A model generated the notes under the pieces. That model was not told the DNA's origin. It did no database searches and was given only the letters and a program-made list of their open reading frames with translations. Shown in pieces: positions 8,134-16,819 of a stretch of DNA of 54,887 nt (position 1 is the stretch's first letter; the number at the start of each line of letters is the position of its first letter). Location of the stretch: the NCBI GenBank assembly GCA_035648435.1, contig DASRLN010000213.1:1-54887 (forward strand). Reading direction: 5' to 3'. This DNA is from Caulobacteraceae bacterium (GTDB lineage Bacteria > Pseudomonadota > Alphaproteobacteria > Caulobacterales > Caulobacteraceae). The position numbers and the translations under genes are program-made.

Positions 8134-11016
8134 CTAGCGCCTCACCGATCCGGGCAGCTGGGCCTGGATGAAGCCCCGGTTGGCGTCGAGGTCGAGGTGC
8201 AGCAGCTGGCCGTCCGAGGTCCGCGCCATGCGCCCGCTCCGCGGGTTGAGCAGGAAATACTGGCCGCCGGGCCGCTCGATGAGCTGCATGCGCCCGATGT
8301 CCTGGCCGCCGACCGGCTGGCCGTTGGCATAGACCGGCCCGGTCCCCGGCCGCTGGGCCCAGCTCTCGCCGATCTTTTGCAGGGCCGGCTGGACCTGGTC
8401 CTGGCGCAGCCAGCTGGGAACGAGGGTCTGGGCGCCGTTGACCACGGCGACGCCGCCCCACAGCCCACCGCCCGGCGCGGGCGCGGCGCCGAGGGCGCTC
8501 TGCAGGTAGTAGTCCGGATCGTGGGTGATCCCCCGGCTGGTGTCGTACAGCCGGGCGAGATCGGCGGTGTTGCGCGCCGCCACCAGCACCGCCGGATCAT
8601 AGAGGAAGGCCGGGGCCAAGCGGCGCAGAGCCATGTCCTGATTGGTCCTGTAGGAGTGGTCGGGATCGGGGACCTCCTTGGCCCCGTTGGGCGCGGCCTT
8701 GAGCGCGATGCCCCCGGCCGCGGCGTTGGCGATCGTGGTGTTGCCCAGCACCGCGAGGTTGCCGATGTGGATGGCGGTGTTGACGTCGCCGTCCTGGCCG
8801 ACCTCGCGCAGGAAGGCGGTCGCGCCGGCCGCGCCGATCGCCGCCGTGGCCCGCTGGGCGAGGGGCACGACAGCCGCCGGGTCCTGCTGGAGGATCGACT
8901 TGTAGTCGTCCTTCTCGGCGTCGGTGAGCATCCGCATGGGCACGCCGTAGGATCGCTGCAGGGTCTGGCCGATGGCGTAGCGGCCCTTCATCGCGCCGGC
9001 CCAGCCGGCGGCGGCGGCGGGATCCTGGGCGACGGCGTTCTGGGGGATCATCGGCGGCACGCTGGCCACCTGGTTTTCCTGGGCGAACTTGATCGGGTCG
9101 GCCGCGAAGCCGGCCTTGGTGTTGGCCCAGGCGACATAGGCCGGGCTGCCGGGCGCCACGCCGGCCGGCGGCGTCCAGGCGGTCGAGGTCACGCCTGGAG
9201 TGGGCGGCGCGGCGGCCGGCGAGCCGGGCGCGCCGCCGCCCCCGTCGAGGCGTCCGGTCCACTGGGCGGCGAACTGGCCGGCCCCCTGCGCCGCCGTGCC
9301 GCCGTTGCGGGTGATCGCCTCGGCCGCGATCGCCGGATCGTGATAGACGCCGGCGTTGACCAGGGCCTGAACCGCCGTCACGCCCGGCCCGGCGGCGAGC
9401 AGCGCCTTGGCCCCGGGCAACCCCTGCTGATGGGCCAGATAGACCTCGCCGGGCGTCGGCGCCCGTCCCAGGGCGGCGGTGAGCCCGGCGGTGTCCTGGC
9501 GCAGCAGCTTCAGCGCATTGACCGTCTGGTCATGCACCGAAGTGATGTCGCCGCCGCCGACGCCGGCCCAGGTGGCCGGGCGGAACTGGAACAGGCCCTG
9601 GCTCTGGCCATTGTTGCGGGTCGGATCGAGCCTGCTCTCCAGGATCCCCATCTGCAACAGCGTGGTGGTCTCGGCCGGCGTCGCCCCGGCCGACTGCGCC
9701 GCCTGGCGCACCTGGTCGGCGACGGCGTTCTGTCCTGGCGGCGGGGCCTGGACCTGGGCGGCGATCGGGTTGCCGGCGGCGTCCAGCGGCTGCGGGGTCA
9801 GGCCGCTGCCCGGCGTGGCGATCAGGCCATACTGGCGGCCGACCACAGTCTTGAGGATGCCGCGCATGGTCGGCGCGGCGTTGAGATAGAACTCGGTCTT
9901 GGCCACCAGGCCCGGGTCGCCGCTGTCCTGCGCCGCCTTGCGGATCGCGTCGGGGTCGTACTGGCCGCCCCACTGGAGCGCCTGCAGGCCGTCCTCGGCG
10001 GTCTTGGCGCTGGCCGCCTGATCGGCCTTCTCGTCGGTGGACGCCCGCTGGGCGTTGGCGTCGAGCTTGTCGAACAGGCCCTCGACCTGCGCGCCGCCGA
10101 GGCCGGCGAACACCGGGTCGCCGGCCAGGTATTTGGCCCGCGCGTCGTCGGCGAACTTGGCCTTGGCCGCCGCATCCGGCAGGCCCATCTGGGCGTTGAT
10201 CGCCCAGGTCCGCTTGGCCTCGCCGATCGCCGCCAGATAGTGCGCCTCGAGCTGCTCCGGCGTGATCACGCCGGCCCGGCTGGGATCGGCGGGGATCTGC
10301 GCACCGCCGAGGGTGAAGGCTTCGGGAGGGCCGTACTGGGCCAGGGACTGGGCGAACTGCTGGGCGCCGGCGCTGATGTGGGCGGCGCCGGCGGCGTCGA
10401 AAGTGGCGCCGGCCGAGGCTTGGTCCAGCCCCTCGGCGCCGGTCGTATAGGCCTGCTGGTAATTGGCCGCCTGGGTCGAGAGCATGACCTTGTGCAGGCC
10501 TTCCTGGGCCTGGGTCATCATCGTCGCGCGACGGATGTCGTATTCGTTGTCGAGATTGAGATTGAGGTCGGCGAAGGGCGTTGCGGAGAAACCCTGCTTG
10601 GCGGCCGTCAGGGCGGCGTCGAGGCCGGCCGGGTTCTCCGGATTGTTGGCGTAGGCCTGTCCCATGGCCTGGACCATGGCCGCCTTGCGCTGTTCGCCCA
10701 GGGCCTGTTTGGCGACGTCGTTGTACGACTGGCCGAAGGCGGTGTTGGGGTTCTGCGGCGTGACCTGAGGCGCGTTGGGATCGGACCCATCGCCGGCGCC
10801 GGCGACGTCCGACACCGCCTGTTCGCGCCCCTGCGTCTTGGCCGCCTGGTCGGCCATTTGCCCCAGCGTATTGCCGACGCTCTCCATGTGGTTCTGGAGT
10901 TCGTTGAGGCCGTCGGGCAGGTCGAAGCGGTGACGCGCCTGATAGACCGGGGCCTCGACGGCGGTCGGCAGGTCGAGCTGGGGAAAATCGCGGCCGTTGA
11001 AATCGCTGTCGGGCAT
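8134..11016 (-). CDS. Internal virion protein with lytic transglycosylase (SLT) domain
   Basis: 960 aa; ILESRL...GLFQF...YLAHQQG motifs at ~9270-9730. Confidence 0.8.
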   Translation of the reverse strand: MPDSDFNGRDFPQLDLPTAVEAPVYQARHRFDLPDGLNELQNHMESVGNTLGQMADQAAKTQGREQAVSDVAGAGDGSDPNAPQVTPQNPNTAFGQSYNDVAKQALGEQRKAAMVQAMGQAYANNPENPAGLDAALTAAKQGFSATPFADLNLNLDNEYDIRRATMMTQAQEGLHKVMLSTQAANYQQAYTTGAEGLDQASAGATFDAAGAAHISAGAQQFAQSLAQYGPPEAFTLGGAQIPADPSRAGVITPEQLEAHYLAAIGEAKRTWAINAQMGLPDAAAKAKFADDARAKYLAGDPVFAGLGGAQVEGLFDKLDANAQRASTDEKADQAASAKTAEDGLQALQWGGQYDPDAIRKAAQDSGDPGLVAKTEFYLNAAPTMRGILKTVVGRQYGLIATPGSGLTPQPLDAAGNPIAAQVQAPPPGQNAVADQVRQAAQSAGATPAETTTLLQMGILESRLDPTRNNGQSQGLFQFRPATWAGVGGGDITSVHDQTVNALKLLRQDTAGLTAALGRAPTPGEVYLAHQQGLPGAKALLAAGPGVTAVQALVNAGVYHDPAIAAEAITRNGGTAAQGAGQFAAQWTGRLDGGGGAPGSPAAAPPTPGVTSTAWTPPAGVAPGSPAYVAWANTKAGFAADPIKFAQENQVASVPPMIPQNAVAQDPAAAAGWAGAMKGRYAIGQTLQRSYGVPMRMLTDAEKDDYKSILQQDPAAVVPLAQRATAAIGAAGATAFLREVGQDGDVNTAIHIGNLAVLGNTTIANAAAGGIALKAAPNGAKEVPDPDHSYRTNQDMALRRLAPAFLYDPAVLVAARNTADLARLYDTSRGITHDPDYYLQSALGAAPAPGGGLWGGVAVVNGAQTLVPSWLRQDQVQPALQKIGESWAQRPGTGPVYANGQPVGGQDIGRMQLIERPGGQYFLLNPRSGRMARTSDGQLLHLDLDANRGFIQAQLPGSVRR

Positions 11017-11607
11017 CTAGTCGCCGCCCGGCAGCGGCGCGCCGATCTGGGCGAAGTTGAGCGCGCCCTTGGCGATGTCGGAGATCCCCGAGAGGATGCC
11101 GGTGGTCCTGGTGATGCTGGCGCTGGCCTGGAGCACGCCGGCCCGCGCCTGTCGCAGCGAAGCGTCGGTCTGGGCGTCGGTCTGGGCGACGGTGATCGCC
11201 TGGTCGGCCTTGGTCCGCGCCTGGCGGCCGGCCTCCTGGACGCTGCCCGATCCCACGTCCACCCCGCCGGCGCTGGCCACCGCCAGCTGCTGGCCGACCA
11301 CCTGGTTGTAGGCGGTGTTGATGGCGTTGGATTTCTGTTGCGCCTGGATATAGTCCCCGCGCGCGGCGATGTTCTCGTCGGCCGCTTCCATGTCCAGGCT
11401 CTGCGCCTGGGCGCTGGACATCGTGAAGGCCGAAAGGGCGCTGATCGCGCTGGTGCCGGCGCGCAGCAGGCCGAGGCTATTGGCCAGGCCGAAACCGCCG
11501 GTGTTGTCGGCCATGTTGAAATCGGAGCCGGTCGGCGCGCCGTCGGGGCTCGCCCCGCCGCCGCCGCCGAAGCCTCCCGAGCTGAACAGCGATCCGACCG
11601 CCTGCAT
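11017..11607 (-). CDS. Internal virion protein, gp14-like
   Basis: 196 aa, Ala/Gly/Gln-rich, with ASAGGVDVGSGS motif; directly after the nozzle gene. Confidence 0.65.
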   Translation of the reverse strand: MQAVGSLFSSGGFGGGGGASPDGAPTGSDFNMADNTGGFGLANSLGLLRAGTSAISALSAFTMSSAQAQSLDMEAADENIAARGDYIQAQQKSNAINTAYNQVVGQQLAVASAGGVDVGSGSVQEAGRQARTKADQAITVAQTDAQTDASLRQARAGVLQASASITRTTGILSGISDIAKGALNFAQIGAPLPGGD

Positions 11608-11617
11608 CTGTGCCCCT

Positions 11618-13762
11618 TCAGGTCGAGGCCGTGGCGACGATCTCCATGATCGTCAGCGGGCCGGGACGGGTCTGCGCCCAGGAGACCTGGGCGTCGTTCT
11701 GGAAGCCGGGCACGAACTGAAGCCGGGTCCAGCCGGTGAACGCACTCTCGCCCGGCCCCTGGTCGAGCAACGCGTTCGGCCGGGTCTTCAGCGGCACGCG
11801 CCACATGGTGCCGCCGGCGATCCCGGCCGAGAGGTTGGCGGTCGGCCCCAGGCGGAACTCGACGTCGCCGACGAACGGGCGCATGGCGGCGCCGCCGCGC
11901 GGGTCCTGCTGGAAGACGAACGGCAGGGACGTACCGGCGACGGTGAAATTGAGCCCCGCCTCGACCGAGGTGTTCGGCCCATAGGGCAGCGTCACCGCGC
12001 CGCCGGTCACGATCACGTCGCCCGCGTCGGCCCCGTCGATGTAGAGGGTGACGGTGAAGCCGTCGTCGAGCGGAATGCCGCTCATGACCAGGCCGTCGAG
12101 GGTCGGGTCGGTCGCCCCGACCAGGATCGAACAGTCGAGCAGGCGCGCGGCGTCGAGGCGCTCAAGATACATCGCCGCCGCGCCGGCCGGCGAGACCCGC
12201 GAGACGACCACATAGGTGTCGCCGCCGAGTTCGGCGGCGGCCGCCAGGAACGCGCCGTTGGTCGCCCAGGGCACGAAGCCGGTGATCTCCTGGTCGCGCA
12301 GGGCGACGCAGACGGCGGCCGCGCCGGTCGTACGGGGCATCACGAAGACGTCGGGCTCGCTGGTCGAGAGGTGCTTGCGATAGCTCATGTCGATGATGCC
12401 ATTGACGATGTGGCTGGCGCAGACCGATATCGGCGTGGCTTCATAATTATTGTGATAGAACATGAACTCGAACTCATAGAGACTGTCGCCCTGAGGGCCG
12501 ACGAATATCGTCGTGCGGTTGCACATCACCGGCGCTATTCCCGGCGCGATCCCCCTCTTGGTGGCCAGCTTGATCGGGGCCGGTGGGGTGATCGGCTCCA
12601 ACGGAAAATAGAATTCGGCGCTGTTGGTGAAGATCTGCAGGTCGCGGCCGGCGAAGATCGCCCGGGCGGCGGTGACCTCATCGGTGTCCAGGTTCTCGTC
12701 GATGGCGCCGGCGGCGTTGGCCTGGATGATCGAGAAGCTGAAATAGGCCCCGATCTGGCTGCCCAGCACCGTCTCCGGCAGGCCCTCCAGGCCGACCATG
12801 TACAGGCGCTGCTGGTAGAAGCATCCGGCCGCCGGCCAGCCGCGGGCGGCGCTGATGATCGGCTCGCCGCCTGGCTTGCCCTCGGTGATCTCGGCCACGC
12901 TGACGCCGCCGGCCGTGGAGTGCAGGGTGACCGGGGCCATGATCCCGACCAGGGCGTTGCCCATGGTCCCCTCGAACGTCACCAGGACGCCGGTGGTCCC
13001 GTCGGCCGCGCACGTCACCTGGCCGGCGCCGACGCCGGGCAGAGCGATCAGCGCGGCCTGGACGCTGGCCGCCAGGGTGGCCATCGACGCGTTCCAGGCG
13101 ATCGGCGCGGTGACCTGGCTTTCGAGGGTGATGTTGAAGGTGTCGCCGGCCGCGTAGTCGATCCAGAACAGTTCCTGGACCTCATCGACGCCGCCGGCCT
13201 CCAGACCGGTATAGTCGTAGATCGGCAGACTATCGAAGGCCAGCGCCCGGCTGTCCCAGTCGTAATGACCGCCCTGGCGCATGATCCGCCACGGCGGAAC
13301 CTGCTGGTGGAAGGCGACCATGGTGTCGAGCATCTGGCACCGGGCGATCATGTACACCTGATCGTCGGCCCACGGGCCGATCACCGGGCACATGAACTCG
13401 CTGTCGTGCCAGACGTCGATATTCCCCGCCGTCACCGGCATGATGTAGCGCTGGCTGTCGTCGTCGAAATTGAACGCCAGCAGCTTGACATTGGGCGTCG
13501 GACTGGCCGGGATCGGCCCTTCCAGCCACATGGCCACGGTGTCGAGCGAGACCACCGCGCCGGGCCAGTCGTCAGCCGCGTTGGGGTCGATGACCACCAC
13601 TCGCCAGTACCGCGCCGTGATGCTCTGGCCGGGCGGCAGCCCGAACCGTCGGCTGCGCAGGATCGATCCCAGGCCCTGGGCGGCGCCGAACGTCGTCCAG
13701 GCGGCGTTGTCGTCGGAGAACTGGACCTCGAGCACGCCCAGGACGCTGGTGGCGATGGTCAT
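11618..13762 (-). CDS. Tail tubular protein B (nozzle), main C-terminal part
   Basis: Motifs RGWPAAGCFYQQRL and GRDLQIFTNSAEF; ATG at 13762 overlaps the upstream stop (ATGA). Lacks the family N-terminal motif, which lies in the upstream ORF. Confidence 0.8.
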   Translation of the reverse strand: MTIATSVLGVLEVQFSDDNAAWTTFGAAQGLGSILRSRRFGLPPGQSITARYWRVVVIDPNAADDWPGAVVSLDTVAMWLEGPIPASPTPNVKLLAFNFDDDSQRYIMPVTAGNIDVWHDSEFMCPVIGPWADDQVYMIARCQMLDTMVAFHQQVPPWRIMRQGGHYDWDSRALAFDSLPIYDYTGLEAGGVDEVQELFWIDYAAGDTFNITLESQVTAPIAWNASMATLAASVQAALIALPGVGAGQVTCAADGTTGVLVTFEGTMGNALVGIMAPVTLHSTAGGVSVAEITEGKPGGEPIISAARGWPAAGCFYQQRLYMVGLEGLPETVLGSQIGAYFSFSIIQANAAGAIDENLDTDEVTAARAIFAGRDLQIFTNSAEFYFPLEPITPPAPIKLATKRGIAPGIAPVMCNRTTIFVGPQGDSLYEFEFMFYHNNYEATPISVCASHIVNGIIDMSYRKHLSTSEPDVFVMPRTTGAAAVCVALRDQEITGFVPWATNGAFLAAAAELGGDTYVVVSRVSPAGAAAMYLERLDAARLLDCSILVGATDPTLDGLVMSGIPLDDGFTVTLYIDGADAGDVIVTGGAVTLPYGPNTSVEAGLNFTVAGTSLPFVFQQDPRGGAAMRPFVGDVEFRLGPTANLSAGIAGGTMWRVPLKTRPNALLDQGPGESAFTGWTRLQFVPGFQNDAQVSWAQTRPGPLTIMEIVATAST

Positions 13763-14250
13763 AGCGCGTCGAAGCGCCCACCCGGGCCGAAGGTGAAACC
13801 CCCGGGGAACGGCAGGTGCACGGGCGGCGGCGGCGTCGGGATGGCCCCGCCGCCGCCGCCGGCGGCGACCACGGCGATATCGGTGACGTCCACCAGGCTG
13901 ACCACGGTGGGCGCGCCGAGGTCGATCTCCAGCACCACGTAGGGCGCGCCGGTGGCCATCGGGGTTGTCGTCGCCGGCCCGTCGTCGCCGCCGGTCAGGC
14001 ATTCCGCCGCCGTGCCGCCATTGGGCATCGAGATCATCCCGGCGGTCAATGCGATGGCGCTGATCGGCCCCCGGACGCGGCCGACGAAGGCCAGCCCCGG
14101 ACGCCGGCTCATCGGCCCCTGCGGCGACAGCATCATGTTTTGCGAATTTACGAACGAGCTCGAATAGACCTTCAGGTCGCGCCGGCCGAGCATCTGCGGG
14201 TCGAGATCGCCGTTGGTGAAATTGCCCTGGCGGAAGACTTCCTGCGGCAT
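13759..14250 (-). CDS. Tail tubular protein B (nozzle), N-terminal fragment
   Basis: QGNFTNGDLDPQMLGRRDL...NMMLSPQGPMSRRPG is the conserved nozzle N-terminus; ends after a Gly/Pro linker. Confidence 0.75.
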   Translation of the reverse strand: MPQEVFRQGNFTNGDLDPQMLGRRDLKVYSSSFVNSQNMMLSPQGPMSRRPGLAFVGRVRGPISAIALTAGMISMPNGGTAAECLTGGDDGPATTTPMATGAPYVVLEIDLGAPTVVSLVDVTDIAVVAAGGGGGAIPTPPPPVHLPFPGGFTFGPGGRFDAL

Positions 14251-14252
14251 CA

Positions 14253-14303
14253 ATCCTCCCCTGCGCAGCGGCGGAGGGGGACCGCGAAGCGGTGGAGGGG
14301 GCG
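14253..14303. repeat. Alphaproteobacterial REP/CIR-like palindromic element (half unit)
   Basis: ATCCTCCCCTGCGCAGCGGCGGAGGGGGACCGCGAAGCGGTGGAGGGGGCG, with an internal ACCGC-GAA-GCGGT hairpin; resembles Caulobacter/Sphingomonas intergenic repeats. Confidence 0.6.
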
Positions 14304-14307
14304 CATC

Positions 14308-15030
14308 CTATCCCCCGTCGGGGAAGTTGATGAAGCTGGGCGGTCCCCAGTTTCCCGGCAGGGCCACGAACGGGATTTCCAGCCGTCCGGGACCGAGCCA
14401 GCCCCAGCCGTAGCGGGCGTTGACCAGGGCGCCGTCATCCCACCAGGCGAAGGCCTCGCGCCGCGGGGCGTTGCGGCTGTCCTCGTTGCGGGCCTGGCCA
14501 TAGAGGCCGCCCTCCAGTCCCTCCTGGGGCGAGCCGAACGCCGTCTGCCACAGCGCGGCGGCGAGACCCTGGTTCTGGGCCACGCTGGAGGCCAGGCCCG
14601 AGGCGAAGACGATCCGCGCCAGCTCGACGAACCAGCTCGGCCAGGTGTTCTCGGGCACGCGCCGGGTATATTCGACGAACATCAGCGGGCTGTCGCAGCA
14701 GATCAGGCCGTTGGCCATCTCGGTGTTGAGGCTGCTGGCTGCGTTCTTCTGCGCCGCCGTGCGGTAATCGAAGATCGCGCCGACGATATCGGCCGGCGGA
14801 TTATAGGCATGGGTGCGAGGGCAGTCCGGCGGCGTGACCGCCAGGGGGCTGAGCTGAGCCACGCCGACCGCGAAACTCCAGCGGTACTTGCCGATCAGCC
14901 AGTCCCGGCATTGCGGATACTCGACGATGCAATAGGCGCCGGCCGGCGTCGTCTCGTCGATGGCGTCGATCTGGACGCCGCCGATCCGCCCCAGCGCCAG
15001 GTTGCACACGTCGAGAGCGGTCTGGACCAT
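14308..15030 (-). CDS. Tail tubular protein A (adaptor, gp11-like)
   Basis: MVQTALDVCNLALGRIG...YRWSFA, a typical adaptor N-terminus; follows the capsid gene. Confidence 0.85.
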   Translation of the reverse strand: MVQTALDVCNLALGRIGGVQIDAIDETTPAGAYCIVEYPQCRDWLIGKYRWSFAVGVAQLSPLAVTPPDCPRTHAYNPPADIVGAIFDYRTAAQKNAASSLNTEMANGLICCDSPLMFVEYTRRVPENTWPSWFVELARIVFASGLASSVAQNQGLAAALWQTAFGSPQEGLEGGLYGQARNEDSRNAPRREAFAWWDDGALVNARYGWGWLGPGRLEIPFVALPGNWGPPSFINFPDGG

Positions 15031-15045
15031 GCTTGGAACCTCGTG

Positions 15046-15073
15046 GCCCCGGGCGCGACGTCACGCCCGGGGC
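15046..15073 (-). terminator. Hairpin after major capsid gene (attenuator or mRNA stabiliser)
   Basis: GCCCCGGGCG-N8-CGCCCGGGGC 10-bp stem; no U-tract. Confidence 0.45.
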
Positions 15074-15084
15074 GCTCTCGGGGT

Positions 15085-16011
15085 TTAATCCGGCCCTTGG
15101 TCGGCGATCGGGATCGCCTTCCTCATCAGGGTGAAGTTGTACTGGCTCTTGATGCGGATCACGCCGGTCGCCTCGGTGACCGCCGCGCCGGCCTGGAACC
15201 AGTTGCCGATCATCGTCGTCAGGCTGGCCCCGATGCGCTCGTCGATGGTGGTCATCTCGTTGTTGTAGTCGGCGGAGACGGCCGAGCGGCAGAACATGAA
15301 CATGTCCACCCCCGTGGTGCCGGCGTCGCTGGCCTGGGTGATCGGCGCGCCGTTCTCGTCGTTGAGCCGCTGGAAGGTCCGCCAGTTGAGGTCGTTCCAC
15401 GGCACGTTGCCGCGCACGTTGTTGAGCGCCATGTACGGATCCAGCGCCATGTTGGTCTTCAGCTTGAAGGGGACCACCATGCAGATGTCCTCGCCCTCGA
15501 ACATTTCCTGGCTGCCCAGCTGGGCGACGCCGGCGGCGATGGTGTCGAGGTCGGCCACGGCGGCGTAGCTGCCGATGGTGGTCGGATAGGTGGTGGTGGT
15601 CGCCCCGTTGAGGCCGACGCCGGTGACGCCGTTGGCGACGGCGCTGTTGAGCGCCGCGACGATCATGTTGTCCTCGGCTCTGTTCCCGGCCATGGCGGCC
15701 GCGCGGCCGTACTGGGCGGCGACATTGACGTTGAGCTTCTTGATGTCCGGGTCCCAGATCCCCAGAGCGACGAACTTCGGGGCCGCGGTGACCTCGACCA
15801 TGTCCATCTGGCCGTTGGCGAGCGCCAGGGAGGCGAAGCGCGGGCTGTCGTACATCTCGACCGCGCCCATCCGGGGGAAGAAGATCGAGTTGCCGACGAA
15901 CATGCCGCCGCCGCTGGTCATCCCCGCCAGGCGCCGGTCGCGCTGCTGGGCCAGCATCTTGACCGTGTCGTCGAACTTCTCAATAAACCAGGCGGGAATT
16001 CCTTCGCTCAT
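15085..16011 (-). CDS. Major capsid protein
   Basis: 308 aa; FIEKFDDTVKMLAQQRDRRL N-terminus typical of BPP-1-like capsids; lies between scaffold and adaptor; strongly biased codons. Confidence 0.85.
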   Translation of the reverse strand: MSEGIPAWFIEKFDDTVKMLAQQRDRRLAGMTSGGGMFVGNSIFFPRMGAVEMYDSPRFASLALANGQMDMVEVTAAPKFVALGIWDPDIKKLNVNVAAQYGRAAAMAGNRAEDNMIVAALNSAVANGVTGVGLNGATTTTYPTTIGSYAAVADLDTIAAGVAQLGSQEMFEGEDICMVVPFKLKTNMALDPYMALNNVRGNVPWNDLNWRTFQRLNDENGAPITQASDAGTTGVDMFMFCRSAVSADYNNEMTTIDERIGASLTTMIGNWFQAGAAVTEATGVIRIKSQYNFTLMRKAIPIADQGPD

Positions 16012-16065
16012 CGAATAGCTCCAGGCTCGCCGGGTTCAATCGGCATGTGGGTTAGGATCGAACCG

Positions 16066-16095
16066 AGGCTAGAGCGCCGCTAAACAGCGCAACGC
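16066..16095 (-). promoter_or_regulatory. Putative late promoter for capsid/tail operon
   Basis: GCGTTGCGC-N15-TAGCCT, 55 nt upstream of the capsid ATG. Confidence 0.55.
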
Positions 16096-16577
16096 GCCTG
16101 ATCGATCCACTTCCACGAACCGCCCCGCCTGATGAGATTGATGTGTTGCATCGTCACCCCGTATTGGGCGGCCAGCACCTTGGTCTTTTCCACCGAAGTC
16201 CGGATCGCCGCGACATCGGTGGGCGTCAACCGCGAGTGGTGAATGTTGCGCCAGGCGGTCGTTCCGTGACCGTCTTTGCGGCGGTTGTTCTCGCTGATCG
16301 TTTCCCAGGCCAGGTTCACCAGCCGGGCGTCGCCGGCCGCGCCATTGATGTGCGACGCCTGGGCGCCGGGCGGCCTGGGACCGATGAAGGTTTCCAGGAC
16401 CATCGTGTGCACGTGACGCCCGATCGGTTTCGACCCCGGCATGCTGAAGACGATCTTCGGGTAGTTTCCGGCCGCGTGGTGCGGCCGGCGCGGGCTCGCG
16501 CCCTTGCGCCGCACGCGCCCCATGTCGCTGACCTCATAGCGGGGATCGATCGGGTATTCTCGCCATGCCTCGACCAT
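16080..16577 (-). CDS. NUMOD4-HNH homing endonuclease
   Basis: EAWREYP..RYEVSDMGRVR (NUMOD4) and VHTMVLETFIGPRP...SHING...NLAWETISEN (HNH); ATG at 16577. Confidence 0.9.
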   Translation of the reverse strand: MVEAWREYPIDPRYEVSDMGRVRRKGASPRRPHHAAGNYPKIVFSMPGSKPIGRHVHTMVLETFIGPRPPGAQASHINGAAGDARLVNLAWETISENNRRKDGHGTTAWRNIHHSRLTPTDVAAIRTSVEKTKVLAAQYGVTMQHINLIRRGGSWKWIDQARCAV

Positions 16578-16819
16578 CAGGCGACGCGCGGCCCCTGCGG
16601 ACCGCCGCGTAGGGCGAACCGGGTGCGCCGGGCCAGCAGCGTCCCGCGCTCGCTGGCGCTGTTCCAGGTTTCCAGCACGCCGCGCCAGGCCAGTTCCCGA
16701 GCGGCGTCGATCCGGTGGGGCATCACGAAGCCGGCGACCTTGGAGGGATCGTCGGGGCCGAAACGATCCAGAACCCCGTCTTCGACCTCGTTGCGCGCCT
16801 CCGGATGGCGGAAGCCCAT
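16577..16819 (-). CDS. Phage hypothetical protein (80 aa)
   Basis: TGATG stop/start overlaps with both the scaffold and HNH genes. Confidence 0.5.
   Translation of the reverse strand: MGFRHPEARNEVEDGVLDRFGPDDPSKVAGFVMPHRIDAARELAWRGVLETWNSASERGTLLARRTRFALRGGPQGPRVA

Noticed and set aside
3556..11649. 2697-aa plus-strand ORF
   Set aside because: Antisense shadow of in-frame high-GC virion genes; no recognisable motifs, while the minus-strand ORFs have clear ones.
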